From assembly GCA_018302685.1 (NCBI GenBank), contig JAGVZK010000021.1, forward strand, positions 1 through 49,394: DNA of 49,394 nt. Reading direction: 5' to 3'. Each line of letters starts with the position of its first letter. Position 1 is the first letter of the stretch. Made by a program: the position numbers and the translations under genes. The notes under the pieces were generated by a model, which was given only the letters and a program-made list of their open reading frames with translations, searched no databases and had not been told where the DNA came from. The stretch is from Candidatus Woesearchaeota archaeon (GTDB lineage Archaea; Nanobdellota; Nanobdellia; SCGC-AAA011-G17; GW2011-AR20). Positions 1 through 8,916 of the stretch are shown here, piece by piece.

Positions 1-106
1 CCTCAAAAAGAAGGTAAATTTAAACTCTATTTTAATAAAAAAATTTAATCAGGAGTTAAAATAAAATCTGTTTCATAGTGAGCTAAACAGTTACGAAAAC
101 CAAAAG

Positions 107-114
107 TTTATAAA
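107..114 (+). promoter_or_regulatory. TATA-box-like element TTTATAAA upstream of EF-1alpha
   Basis: The context GTTTATAAATCC includes the 11-mer TTTATAAATCC, which recurs at 1767-1777 upstream of rps10. It resembles the archaeal box A consensus and lies about 50 nt upstream of the ATG at 165. Confidence 0.35.
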
Positions 115-164
115 TCCCTCAAAATTAACCATCCTAATAACTATTAATTAGGGGGTAATTTATT

Positions 165-1451
165 ATGGCAAGAGCAAAACCACACATAAACATAGTATTC
201 ATTGGCCACGTTGATCATGGTAAATCCACAACTATTGGAAGGCTGTTGTACGATTCTGGAAACATTGACGAACAGACAATGAGAAAGCTGAAGGAAAAGG
301 CCCAGGAATTGGGGAAGGGCGGATTTGAATTCGCTTTTGTCATGGACAACCTGAAAGAGGAAAGAGAGAGAGGAGTCACGATTGATCTGGCTCACAAGAA
401 GTTCGTTACAAACAAGTATGAGTACACAATTATAGACGCACCAGGTCACAAAGACTTCATCAAGAACATGATTACAGGAGCATCTCAGGCGGATGTCGGA
501 GTTATTGTAGTTGCAGCTTCCGAAGGGGTAATGGCCCAGACAAAGGAGCACATATGGCTCGCAAGAACTTTGGGAGTTCAGCAGCTCGCAATTGCAGTCA
601 ATAAAATGGATGCAATAAACTTTGACGAGTCTAAATTCAATAAGGTCAAAGAAGAAGTTTCCGCAGTCTTAAAAGGCGTAGGATACAACGCAAAGGAAAT
701 ACAATTCTTGGCAATCAGCGCTTTGCATGGAGAAAACATTGTAAAGAAATCCAGCAAAATGCCATGGTACAAAGGGCCGACATTGAACGAGCAACTTGAT
801 TTTTTCAAGGAGCCTGAAAAACCAACGCAGTTGCCACTGAGGTTGCCCCTACAGGATGTTTATAACATAACCGGAATCGGAGTCGTTCCAGTCGGCAGAG
901 TTGAAACTGGAAAGATGAGGGTCGGTGATAAGATTATAGTGGTCCCCGGAAGAGAAGGCAAAGGTGTAAGGGGAGAGGTCAAATCCATAGAAATGCATCA
1001 TGAACAAATCCAGGAGGCAGAGCCTGGCGATAACATAGGATTCTCAGTGAGAGGAATCGGCAAGAAGGATATTGCAAGGGGAGACGTTCTCGGACATGAG
1101 AGCAATATTCCAACTGTGGCAACTGAGTTCACAGCTCAGATTGTTGTCTTGAACCACCCTAGCGTCATAACCGTTGGGTATACTCCGGTATTCCACGTGC
1201 ACACAGCTCAGGTTGCATGCCAGATTTCAGAGATCATAGCGAAGGTTGATCCCGCAACAGGCCAAGTAATTCAGCAGAAGCCGGATATGCTTAGAAATGG
1301 CGATGCAGCAAAGGTAAAGATAAAGCCACAGAAGCCAATGGTGATCGAAAAGCAGTCAGAGATACCGCACATGTCAAGGTTTGCTATAAGGGATGCAGGC
1401 CAGACCGTTGCAGCAGGAATGTGCATCGATGTGGTCAAGAAAGAAATTTAA
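165..1451 (+). CDS. tuf: translation elongation factor EF-1 alpha (aEF-1A)
   Basis: 428-aa ORF with GTPase motifs [14 protein letters not shown] and NKMD. The whole length resembles archaeal EF-1alpha. Confidence 0.97.
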   Translation: MARAKPHINIVFIGHVDHGKSTTIGRLLYDSGNIDEQTMRKLKEKAQELGKGGFEFAFVMDNLKEERERGVTIDLAHKKFVTNKYEYTIIDAPGHKDFIKNMITGASQADVGVIVVAASEGVMAQTKEHIWLARTLGVQQLAIAVNKMDAINFDESKFNKVKEEVSAVLKGVGYNAKEIQFLAISALHGENIVKKSSKMPWYKGPTLNEQLDFFKEPEKPTQLPLRLPLQDVYNITGIGVVPVGRVETGKMRVGDKIIVVPGREGKGVRGEVKSIEMHHEQIQEAEPGDNIGFSVRGIGKKDIARGDVLGHESNIPTVATEFTAQIVVLNHPSVITVGYTPVFHVHTAQVACQISEIIAKVDPATGQVIQQKPDMLRNGDAAKVKIKPQKPMVIEKQSEIPHMSRFAIRDAGQTVAAGMCIDVVKKEI

Positions 1452-1766
1452 TTTCTTTTATTTTATCAAAAAACAAATTTAAAGAAGGAGGACGAAATTC
1501 CTCTACAGGCTAAAGCCTGTGGGAGTTTCCTTTCGACGAGAATGAAGAAGAAAAATATTTCTTTGATAGGGGGGCATGAGTTTCATAGTATACAAGGTAT
1601 TAATGAGAATCATATTCGTTTGTATATGGGGGAACCTAAAAAATTAATGAAATTTATCAAATCCTTTAAAGAGATTATAGAAAAATAGTTTCTTTCAAAA
1701 GTTATTTCTTAAACAATAATTTTTATAAAAAACTGACTTTAACTTACAGCTCACTTGGGGGTTAAA

Positions 1767-1774
1767 TTTATAAA
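1767..1774 (+). promoter_or_regulatory. TATA-box-like element TTTATAAA upstream of rps10
   Basis: AAATTTATAAATCC lies 24 nt upstream of the ATG at 1798. This implies a leaderless or very short-leader mRNA. The core is the same as at 107-117. Confidence 0.4.
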
Positions 1775-1797
1775 TCCATTTCTTTCCATAATTCAAA

Positions 1798-2106
1798 ATG
1801 CAGAAGGCAAGAATAAAATTATCGTCAAACAGGATAGATCAGCTCAATGAGATCGTGGATTCTATTCAGGACATTGCTAAAAAGACGAAGGCTAAACTGC
1901 ACGGCCCGATAAACCTTCCAACAAAGAAATTGAAGATCACGACAAGGAAGAGCCCTGGCGGAAGGGGAAAGGCTTCATGGGACAGGTATGAAATGCGGGT
2001 CCATAAGAAATTGGTCGACCTTGAGGTTAATGAAAGGGCTTTGAGATTGATAATGAGGGTCCCGATACCGGACAAGGTTAACATTTCAATTGAACTGTTA
2101 GAATGA
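1798..2106 (+). CDS. rps10: 30S ribosomal protein S10
   Basis: 102 aa, starting MQKARIKLSS and containing HGPINLPTKKLKITTRKSPGG. This is the typical S10/S20e signature, and the gene follows tuf as in archaeal str-type clusters. Confidence 0.93.
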   Translation: MQKARIKLSSNRIDQLNEIVDSIQDIAKKTKAKLHGPINLPTKKLKITTRKSPGGRGKASWDRYEMRVHKKLVDLEVNERALRLIMRVPIPDKVNISIELLE

Positions 2107-2570
2107 ACATATCATTGATTATTCTCAATATAATCGTCTTCATCATCATAATTCTCTTCGGTTTGATAATTGCAAGGGTGCTCTCAAATCTCTCTAAAAA
2201 AATAATTGATGAATTCGAAATCGGTAGGATAACAAGCAATAAGTTCAAGGATTACGCTCCGGAAATAATAAAGTACATTGTCTACTTCTTTGGATTGGTG
2301 ATAGCGCTTGACGCAATCGGCATCAGGGTGATAACATTCAAGATATTGGGAATCATAATAGTTGTCCTGATTGGGATAACGGTGCTCTTGGCTGCCGGAG
2401 ATTTCTTTCCTAATTTTATCAGGGGGCTGAAAATAAAGAGCAAGTACAAGATAAATGATATCATAAAAGTAAAGAATATTTCGGGCAGGATAATAAAAAA
2501 AGACCTGACAGAAATTCAGATTGAGAATGAGCACGAAACAGTTCACGTGCCATATTTGATGCTAAAATGA
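2103..2570 (+). CDS. small membrane protein, MscS-like (truncated mechanosensitive channel core)
   Basis: 155 aa with three hydrophobic helices. The C-terminal NDIIKVKNISGRIIKKDLTEIQIENEHETVHVPYLML matches the MscS beta-domain pattern (D-x-I-x-V-x4-G-x-V/I ... V-x-V/I-P). ATGA overlap with the rps10 stop. Confidence 0.5.
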   Translation: MNISLIILNIIVFIIIILFGLIIARVLSNLSKKIIDEFEIGRITSNKFKDYAPEIIKYIVYFFGLVIALDAIGIRVITFKILGIIIVVLIGITVLLAAGDFFPNFIRGLKIKSKYKINDIIKVKNISGRIIKKDLTEIQIENEHETVHVPYLMLK

Positions 2571-2962
2571 ACTACATAATAGGGGGCAAAGATTTTGTAA
2601 ACAGAAAAGCTGTCGAAAATCCCAGAGTTGACATTCTCATCTCTCCTGAAAGGTCGAGAAATAAGGATTTTATGAAGTCGAGAAACTCTGGGCTTAATCA
2701 GGTTCTCGTCAAATTAGCCAGCAAAAACAAGGTTGCAATTGGCTTTGATTTCAACTACGTATTGGATTCAGGCGAAAAGGAAAGGGCAAACATCCTTGGA
2801 AAGATGAAGCTAAATGTTTTATTGTGCAACAAATACAAAGTGGGGATGTGCGTCTGCAATTCAATAAAGAATAAAGAGGATGAAAGAAGCGAGAACAGCC
2901 TCAAGGCATTCGGAAGGATTTTGGGAATTTCAAATCCAAAAATCGCCAAATTTGAATATTAA
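2567..2962 (+). CDS. RNase P protein component 3 (Rpp30/Rnp3)-like, short form
   Basis: 131 aa. ENPRVDILISPE, GLNQVLVKLASKNKVAIGFDF and LLCNKYKVGMCVCNS...ERSENSLKAFGRILGIS follow the Rpp30 (PHP-like) C-terminal consensus. ATGA overlap with the upstream gene. Confidence 0.5.
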   Translation: MNYIIGGKDFVNRKAVENPRVDILISPERSRNKDFMKSRNSGLNQVLVKLASKNKVAIGFDFNYVLDSGEKERANILGKMKLNVLLCNKYKVGMCVCNSIKNKEDERSENSLKAFGRILGISNPKIAKFEY

Positions 2963-3012
2963 TAACATTTTTATACTAAAATAATCATCAAAATACAAAA
3001 GAGGTGAAATAA

Positions 3013-3333
3013 ATGGTCGTTAAGACATCGGTTCATAAAAGTTCTTCAAATCCAACCCATAATAATCTTGCCGAGAAACTGCTCGAAAACAACATTCTTC
3101 TTCAGAAGAAGGACGCGGAAATGATGCACTCAGTAAACAAGCTCATAGAGAAGATAGACAGGATGCTCAGTGTCTTTGAAGAGGCCTCAAAGCATGTCAT
3201 GGAGGTTGGGGATGACAAGAGAGTTGCAGAATTGACTGACAAGCTGGAAGAGCTGCTTGAGCAGAATAAAACGATAGCAAAGGGGCTCTTGATGTTGGAG
3301 AGGTATGTAAGGCAAAAAACTCCTCCAATGTAA
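3013..3333 (+). CDS. hypothetical coiled-coil protein
   Basis: 106-aa ORF preceded by GAGGTGA at 3001-3007 (5-nt spacer). Non-overlapping and heptad-rich. No family recognised. Confidence 0.55.
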   Translation: MVVKTSVHKSSSNPTHNNLAEKLLENNILLQKKDAEMMHSVNKLIEKIDRMLSVFEEASKHVMEVGDDKRVAELTDKLEELLEQNKTIAKGLLMLERYVRQKTPPM

Positions 3334-3334
3334 A

Positions 3335-3784
3335 ATGACGATAGAATTTCTGCTGGATGAATTTGAAGAGAAGAAGAAAAAAGAGCTGGTTGAGATAGAT
3401 AATCAATTGAGCAAAAAACCGAAGAAAAAAACAGATAAAAAGACTTTGTTCCTTAGGAATTTTACGCTTTCATTGATGGGGCAGTACGGGGTAAAGAGCC
3501 ACCACTATGAGCAGAAGGGGGAAAGCATAGACAGGCTGAACAAAGAATTGTCTTTTGAAACGCAGAAACTGAGTGCTAGTATATCTAGCCCAATTCAGAG
3601 AATGATGCCCCCTGTTCCAGACAGAATAATAAGTCATGAGGCAGGCCGGATGATGGACGCTCCTTTGCCAATTAATAATATTTCCATTCCAAAAAAAATC
3701 TCCGTCTTAGAAATTCCCAGGCCAATAAGTTCTCAAAAGCCAAACGAGGCTCCAAAACCGGATATTGTTCCAATTCCAGAATAG
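3335..3784 (+). CDS. hypothetical protein, Lys-rich N-terminus and Pro-rich C-terminus
   Basis: 149-aa ORF starting 1 nt after the upstream stop. No family recognised. Confidence 0.5.
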   Translation: MTIEFLLDEFEEKKKKELVEIDNQLSKKPKKKTDKKTLFLRNFTLSLMGQYGVKSHHYEQKGESIDRLNKELSFETQKLSASISSPIQRMMPPVPDRIISHEAGRMMDAPLPINNISIPKKISVLEIPRPISSQKPNEAPKPDIVPIPE

Positions 3785-3818
3785 TAAAAGTTATAAATTT
3801 TTAGTACTAAGCCATATT

Positions 3819-4211
3819 ATGAGAAATTTCACAAGGAATGCCGTTAGTTTTTTAATTGCAGGCTCCATTATTTCAACAGTAGCAATAAATACAGTCTACC
3901 GCAGCCCAAGAATAGAAGAAGCAGTGGAAGTTACGGCGGTCTATGACCGTCCCGGGGATAATTATACGGAGATAAAAGGAGAAGATAGCGAAGGAAACAC
4001 AATCAGATACTTCATTAGGAATGCACATCTATTTCCTGCAAAAGTAGGTGATTCTCTGTACGTTATGCAAATAAAAAAGAATGATTTATGGGAAATCATC
4101 TTGGGAGAAAACAAAGGGCATAACGACAAATTCAGAGTGAGAAACAAAAGAACCAATAATTATTTTGAATTAGATGGCCTTGAAATGTGGGTTGAATATC
4201 CTAATAATTGA
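3819..4211 (+). CDS. hypothetical membrane-anchored protein
   Basis: I place the start at the internal ATG 3819 (MRNFTRNAVSFLIAGSIISTVAINTV, an N-terminal TM helix). The track start at 3765 would overlap the upstream gene by 20 nt. Confidence 0.5.
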   Translation: MRNFTRNAVSFLIAGSIISTVAINTVYRSPRIEEAVEVTAVYDRPGDNYTEIKGEDSEGNTIRYFIRNAHLFPAKVGDSLYVMQIKKNDLWEIILGENKGHNDKFRVRNKRTNNYFELDGLEMWVEYPNN

Positions 4212-6003
4212 ACATAATCTCAATGTCATTTCCAAATATTTTCTTCAGTTCTTCAAATAATTTTTCCTTTACAAATATTGACTTCGGCACTTTGAATTTC
4301 TTTGAGCTCTCTTCAAACTCTTTCTTGGAGCTCTCTTTGATGTTGGCCAGCTCTCCGCTCTCGCTCAATTTTGCCTTTTTAATGACTTCATCATTTATTA
4401 TGTAAACGAGATCATCAAAGACATAGACCTCGCCGACCTTGTCGCCGTGCTTCACTCTTATTCTGACTTTGTCCAGCTTGATTCCGCTTTTCCTGTGCAT
4501 AAATTCGGAAACTTCCTTTATGAAGGATCTTGCATCCCTTGCAATCTTGTCATTCTCAGCCTTGCTCAGCTTCTTGGACTTTGAATCTTTAATAAGCTTG
4601 AATAGATCATAGTACTTCTTCTGAATTTCATTCTTTCCTACTAATGATTTCAGCCCATTGTCAAGATCTCCCTTGACTTCATAGTAATTCAGAATATCCC
4701 TTGTCAGATTCATGACGTTGTCGTAGAGCTCATCAGTTCTTTCCTTATCCTTGGTCTTCTGAAGCGCGGCGAATATCTTGTTGATTACCTTCAGATAGTT
4801 CCTTGACCTGTTCAGCAGGTCATCAATCTCTTTTCCAGAAACTTCCTTGACTTTTCCGTGTTCGATTCCCTTATAGAACGCCCTTACGTCCTCTAAGGTT
4901 TTGACATCATTCAATGTGCATAATTTCAGCTTCCTGACAAATATGTCCTTCATCAGGTTAATTGTCTCAAGAGGGGTCGGAGGATTCACTCCATAGAGCA
5001 TCAGAACAGCCTGGCTTGGGTTTATGATCGCCCAGTATAAATCCTCCCCAACAACACTCAGCAGTTTGAACCTTGTTCTGGACAGCAGCTTCTCGCCAGA
5101 ATCCATCTGCATGTCAATTGCCTCTGGAGTCGGCCTTATTCTCCCCATGTTCAAAAGAAGCTTCCATGGCATGAACATTCCCCTATCATAAAGCGGAACA
5201 CCGTCCCGGATAAAAGTGAACATAACCGGATGTGCATCCTTTACAGCCTCCCAGAAATCCGTGAGTATGTAAGTCTGGACGTGAAATTGTTTTTTAACGC
5301 CGGCAATTCTCGCAGCCTCAGCACCATAGCTTAAAATAATCCCTCTTAGTCTCTCTCTCAATTCGAATCTGCTCATTCTCTTCACATCAGTGTCATCAAT
5401 TATGATATAAACGTCAATGTCAAAGCTCTTCTTGTCTCCTCTGAAGAGAGAGCCTGCTGCGATATAGCTGAAGATATACTTGTCAAATTTCTTCAGGACC
5501 ATTGTCTTGTGGATCTCAGAAACTTTTATGCCCCCAAGAAAATCAATGGGGTCATAAACAAATGAACTCAGGCTTATTAATTTCAGGTATTCATATCTTG
5601 CATCATAGCAGTCCTCCTTTATCTCAGATACCAGCCTTACTTTCAGCAGAATGTTCTTGTCAATCGCCTTTGCAGTATCCTCGCAGGATTTAGTAATCTT
5701 GTGCTTCAGCTCAAATGGATTTTTGTTGTCATAGTCATTAACCAGTATAAAGACATTTATCTTGTCCTTTTCCTCCTCGGGCATCTTCTCCCCAGGCTTG
5801 ATGCCAGAATCCATATAAGAGGAAAACCTCAGTGGGCTCACGTTTGGAAGAAGTGAAATCCCTATGACTTCCTTGTGCTTCTTGACAATCTCCTTCTTGA
5901 AGTCATCAAGCTTCTTTTGTATCTGCTTGAGCTTCTCTTCCATTTCAGGAGTTATCTGAAACTTGTCCTGATAATCGTATATGCTTTCCTTCTCTTCAGT
6001 CAT
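4201..6003 (-). CDS. Pol-beta-superfamily nucleotidyltransferase-domain protein, 600 aa
   Basis: AAGSLFRGDKKSFDIDVYIIIDDTD matches the minimal NTase motif (G-S-x9-13-D-x-D plus a downstream acidic residue). A long helical, Lys-rich C-terminal region follows. Confidence 0.6.
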   Translation of the reverse strand: MTEEKESIYDYQDKFQITPEMEEKLKQIQKKLDDFKKEIVKKHKEVIGISLLPNVSPLRFSSYMDSGIKPGEKMPEEEKDKINVFILVNDYDNKNPFELKHKITKSCEDTAKAIDKNILLKVRLVSEIKEDCYDARYEYLKLISLSSFVYDPIDFLGGIKVSEIHKTMVLKKFDKYIFSYIAAGSLFRGDKKSFDIDVYIIIDDTDVKRMSRFELRERLRGIILSYGAEAARIAGVKKQFHVQTYILTDFWEAVKDAHPVMFTFIRDGVPLYDRGMFMPWKLLLNMGRIRPTPEAIDMQMDSGEKLLSRTRFKLLSVVGEDLYWAIINPSQAVLMLYGVNPPTPLETINLMKDIFVRKLKLCTLNDVKTLEDVRAFYKGIEHGKVKEVSGKEIDDLLNRSRNYLKVINKIFAALQKTKDKERTDELYDNVMNLTRDILNYYEVKGDLDNGLKSLVGKNEIQKKYYDLFKLIKDSKSKKLSKAENDKIARDARSFIKEVSEFMHRKSGIKLDKVRIRVKHGDKVGEVYVFDDLVYIINDEVIKKAKLSESGELANIKESSKKEFEESSKKFKVPKSIFVKEKLFEELKKIFGNDIEIMFNY

Positions 6004-6644
6004 TTTTTCTTGATTACCAAAAATATTATCATTGACGCAATTGATATCACTCCAACAATCATTATAAAGCTTATGGTTTCAGAGACAGAAGAATTTATCC
6101 AAATCTTCATAATCCCCAATATTCCGCCAAGCCCGTCTGGAAGTGCATCTTTGATCATTGAGTTTACAATCCCCATCAATGCAAACTTGTAGAACAGGTA
6201 ATTGAATACTGAAGCTACCGCCCCGGAAAATAATGCATGCTTTAATCCAGATATTACCCCAAGCCCAAGCAAGTACAGAGCAAGCCCAACAGCGAGAAGG
6301 AAAGCTCCAATGTTCCTTGCAGCATTAAAGTAATACCTTACCCTTTCCAGGTCCCCCTGAAGCTTCGTAAACGGGCTGTTCTCTTTCAGGTTTTCATCGG
6401 AGAAGGACATGCAAAAATCACTGTTGTCGTTTTCGCACTGCCTTTGTATCTGCTCCCTTGTTAACCCTGTCTGCTCCTCAAGGTCTGTATAAACCAAATT
6501 AAGAATTTCATTGTCAATATCAGTCTTATAATCTGGAAACGAGTCAACGAGGTTACTCCCAAACACAGAAACAAACAGCAGTCCCAAGGCAAGAAAGATT
6601 GCCAGACTCCCAAAAAATTTCAAAATCCCCTTAATAAACCCCAT
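6000..6644 (-). CDS. hypothetical integral membrane protein
   Basis: 214 aa with an N-terminal TM helix, a soluble loop and three or four C-terminal TM helices. 4-nt overlap with the downstream gene. Confidence 0.6.
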   Translation of the reverse strand: MGFIKGILKFFGSLAIFLALGLLFVSVFGSNLVDSFPDYKTDIDNEILNLVYTDLEEQTGLTREQIQRQCENDNSDFCMSFSDENLKENSPFTKLQGDLERVRYYFNAARNIGAFLLAVGLALYLLGLGVISGLKHALFSGAVASVFNYLFYKFALMGIVNSMIKDALPDGLGGILGIMKIWINSSVSETISFIMIVGVISIASMIIFLVIKKK

Positions 6645-6645
6645 T

Positions 6646-6843
6646 TTATCTCCTCATTAAAAGTATCAAAAGCAAAAGCAAAGCCAACAGCATAAAAATG
6701 TTCACCTTCATGAACACCAGATAGACCAGAAGGGCTAAGACAAGAAATGTTAGCCAGTGCGACTTTTTCTTTTCTTTTGTCAGGAGTTTACCGAGATTCC
6801 TGTCCTTCTTAACCATATTCAGCTGCCTCTTGGACAATTTCAT
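6646..6843 (-). CDS. small hypothetical membrane protein
   Basis: 65 aa with a basic N-terminus and then a long hydrophobic stretch. It abuts the next gene (1-nt spacer). Confidence 0.4.
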   Translation of the reverse strand: MKLSKRQLNMVKKDRNLGKLLTKEKKKSHWLTFLVLALLVYLVFMKVNIFMLLALLLLLILLMRR

Positions 6844-6888
6844 AAGAACAAAGTATATTTTTGAGTATATAAAAATTATGATGTAATG

Positions 6889-7356
6889 TTACTCCACTCC
6901 TATCAAATCTTCTATATCTTCCATGACTTCATTAAACCTTTTTTGAGAATTTTTCTTAGACAGTTTTGCTCCCTTCATCGCCGGAATTAAATAAATTCCT
7001 TCATCCGCGCAGCCAATATGTTCAAGGCTATTTGAAACACAGTACCATTTACTTGGATCCTTGTCAGTCCTGTCAAATATAAAAATTATCCCTGTGTCTT
7101 CTTCATAGGAAGAATCATCCTCACTAGGCATATAAACCGTCAGTCTTCCCCCCTTCATGTATCCATTTTGGGATTCAGGAGCATATCTTATCAGGTAAAC
7201 ATGCGGCTTACCTGTTCCTGAAAAATGATATGGAATTTCCTCAATGACAAGCCTAACCCTTTGCTCTGGAAAGCATGACCCAATATCTTCAGCGGACAGT
7301 CCTTTTCCATTGGCAAGAACAAACGCCACCAAACCTGTCAATAACAGTCTTTTCAT
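6889..7356 (-). CDS. hypothetical secreted protein
   Basis: Start moved to ATG 7356 (MKRLLLTGLVAFVLANGKGLSA, signal-peptide-like). The longer track ORF, up to 7470, would overlap the kae1 3' end. Confidence 0.55.
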   Translation of the reverse strand: MKRLLLTGLVAFVLANGKGLSAEDIGSCFPEQRVRLVIEEIPYHFSGTGKPHVYLIRYAPESQNGYMKGGRLTVYMPSEDDSSYEEDTGIIFIFDRTDKDPSKWYCVSNSLEHIGCADEGIYLIPAMKGAKLSKKNSQKRFNEVMEDIEDLIGVE

Positions 7357-7414
7357 ACCCTCGAAAATACTAAAACACTTATAAAGTTTTTTACAGTTAA
7401 TTATTTTGAAATAA

Positions 7415-8377
7415 CTACCAGAACACTTCCACATCATCAGTTCTCTCAGAGGGATTGATGTCAATAACATAATTCTTTTTTTTCTTGTACATCCTGCTTC
7501 CCAAGTATCCTATCATCGCAGCATTGTCAACAAGATACTGGTTCTCAGGGATGAAGCACTTGGCCCCCCTTTCTTTGCACATTATCCTTGCCATTTCCTG
7601 AAGCCTTGAATTGCACGCTACCCCTCCTCCGAGAGCCAATTCTTTTTTGTCAGTATGAGCCATGGCCCTTTCCGCAGTTTCAATCAGCATTGCAAAAACA
7701 GTTTCCTGGCATGAGTAGGCCAGGTCTTCCTTAGGATATTTTCCTATCTTGTTTTTGAGATTTGTATAAATCCCGCTGAAGGAAACATCCATTCCTTTGA
7801 CAACATACGGAAGCTCAATGAAATTTTGCGATTTTAAGGACAGCTCATAAATTTTTGGCCCCCCGGGAAATCCGAATCCCAGATCTCTGGCAAATTTATC
7901 AAGAAAATTTCCTATTCCTGTATCGAGGGTTTCCCCAAATATTCTATACTTCTTCCCCTCATAGGCAATTATCTGCGTGTTTGCCCCAGAAGCATACAGC
8001 AGGACAGGATCCTTTGCTTTCGTAACAAGTTTTGTAATTTCCAGATGTGCAATGCAGTGGTTTACTGGAACCAGCGGAATTTTATGCTTTTCATTCAATT
8101 CCCTGGCCAGATTCATCCCCTCTAGCAGGCATGGCGCCAATCCCGGGGCATTTGAAAATGCAATGATATCAATGTCTTCTACCCTCAGACTGGTTTCATC
8201 CAAAGCCCTGTTCAACAATGAATATTTTATTGCCTTATGATGCAGAGCTGCTTCAGTGGGATGAATTCCTCCAGCCTCCGTTACATACATATCTCTTAAA
8301 TTGCACAATACTCTATTGTCTTTTAAAATAGCTATCCCTAATGTATGTGCAGTTGATTCAATGCCCAAGGTTATCAT
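7415..8377 (-). CDS. kae1: tRNA N6-adenosine threonylcarbamoyltransferase Kae1 (no Bud32 fusion)
   Basis: 320 aa with GIESTAHTLGIAI, NHCIAHLE (metal-binding His pair) and GGGVACNSRL. Typical Kae1/TsaD fold motifs. Confidence 0.92.
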   Translation of the reverse strand: MITLGIESTAHTLGIAILKDNRVLCNLRDMYVTEAGGIHPTEAALHHKAIKYSLLNRALDETSLRVEDIDIIAFSNAPGLAPCLLEGMNLARELNEKHKIPLVPVNHCIAHLEITKLVTKAKDPVLLYASGANTQIIAYEGKKYRIFGETLDTGIGNFLDKFARDLGFGFPGGPKIYELSLKSQNFIELPYVVKGMDVSFSGIYTNLKNKIGKYPKEDLAYSCQETVFAMLIETAERAMAHTDKKELALGGGVACNSRLQEMARIMCKERGAKCFIPENQYLVDNAAMIGYLGSRMYKKKKNYVIDINPSERTDDVEVFW

Positions 8378-8407
8378 AAGATTTAATAATAATCAGAATT
8401 TATAAAA

Positions 8408-8815
8408 TTATTTTTTATCTAAAAATTTAAACCAACTCAAATATTCCTTTTTGATGTAATCTATAAATGGCTTCTCATCCTTTTCAATCTGATATCTATC
8501 AAGAACATCATAGTAATCCTCTAAGTCTTCTACAGGAATATCAATTAAAGGATAAGATTTCTTCCATAAAATCCAATTCATTAACAATCTTGATAATCTG
8601 CCATTCCCATCTGCAAAAGGTTGAATTGAAATCAGTTTCAAATGGATTAATGACGCAGGCTCGATCGAATGTAACTTCATGTTTTTTAATCCATGCCAGA
8701 CAAAGAAATTCTTTAGTTCTTTGTTAATATCATCCATTTTGGAGGAACATAGGCAGTTCCGGCAATTTTCACATTTCTCTTCAATTCACTTCTTAATTTT
8801 CCAGCAATACTTTCC
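8408..8815 (-). pseudogene. decayed Fic-domain gene (5'-truncated, frameshifted, catalytic His to Gln)
   Basis: The 109-aa ORF (8408-8737) carries IQPFADGNGRLSR, where the Fic motif is HPFx(D/E)GNGR. An upstream fragment ESIAGKLRSELKRNVKIAGTAYVPPK (8814-8737) lies in another frame, is closed by TAG at 8815-8817 and is joined at an A4 run. Confidence 0.7.
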
Positions 8816-8916
8816 TACCTTCCCTAACAGAATGAATTAAAATCCATTATCCGTTGTTCTTAATTTTTATTTGTTTTTAGGTAACAATTAATTAGTTATG
8901 TACTACACAAAAGAAA

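Noticed and set aside
144-551. 135-aa minus-strand ORF antisense to EF-1alpha. Similar antisense ORFs occur inside other genes, e.g. 578-808, 1866-2084, 2184-2546, 10343-10720, 13492-14187, 16760-17353, 28254-30289, 36047-37136, 45190-45528 and 45870-46406.
   Set aside because: Each lies entirely within a well-supported gene on the opposite strand. Their composition is low-complexity or shadow-frame and no motifs were recognised. These are typical shadow ORFs.
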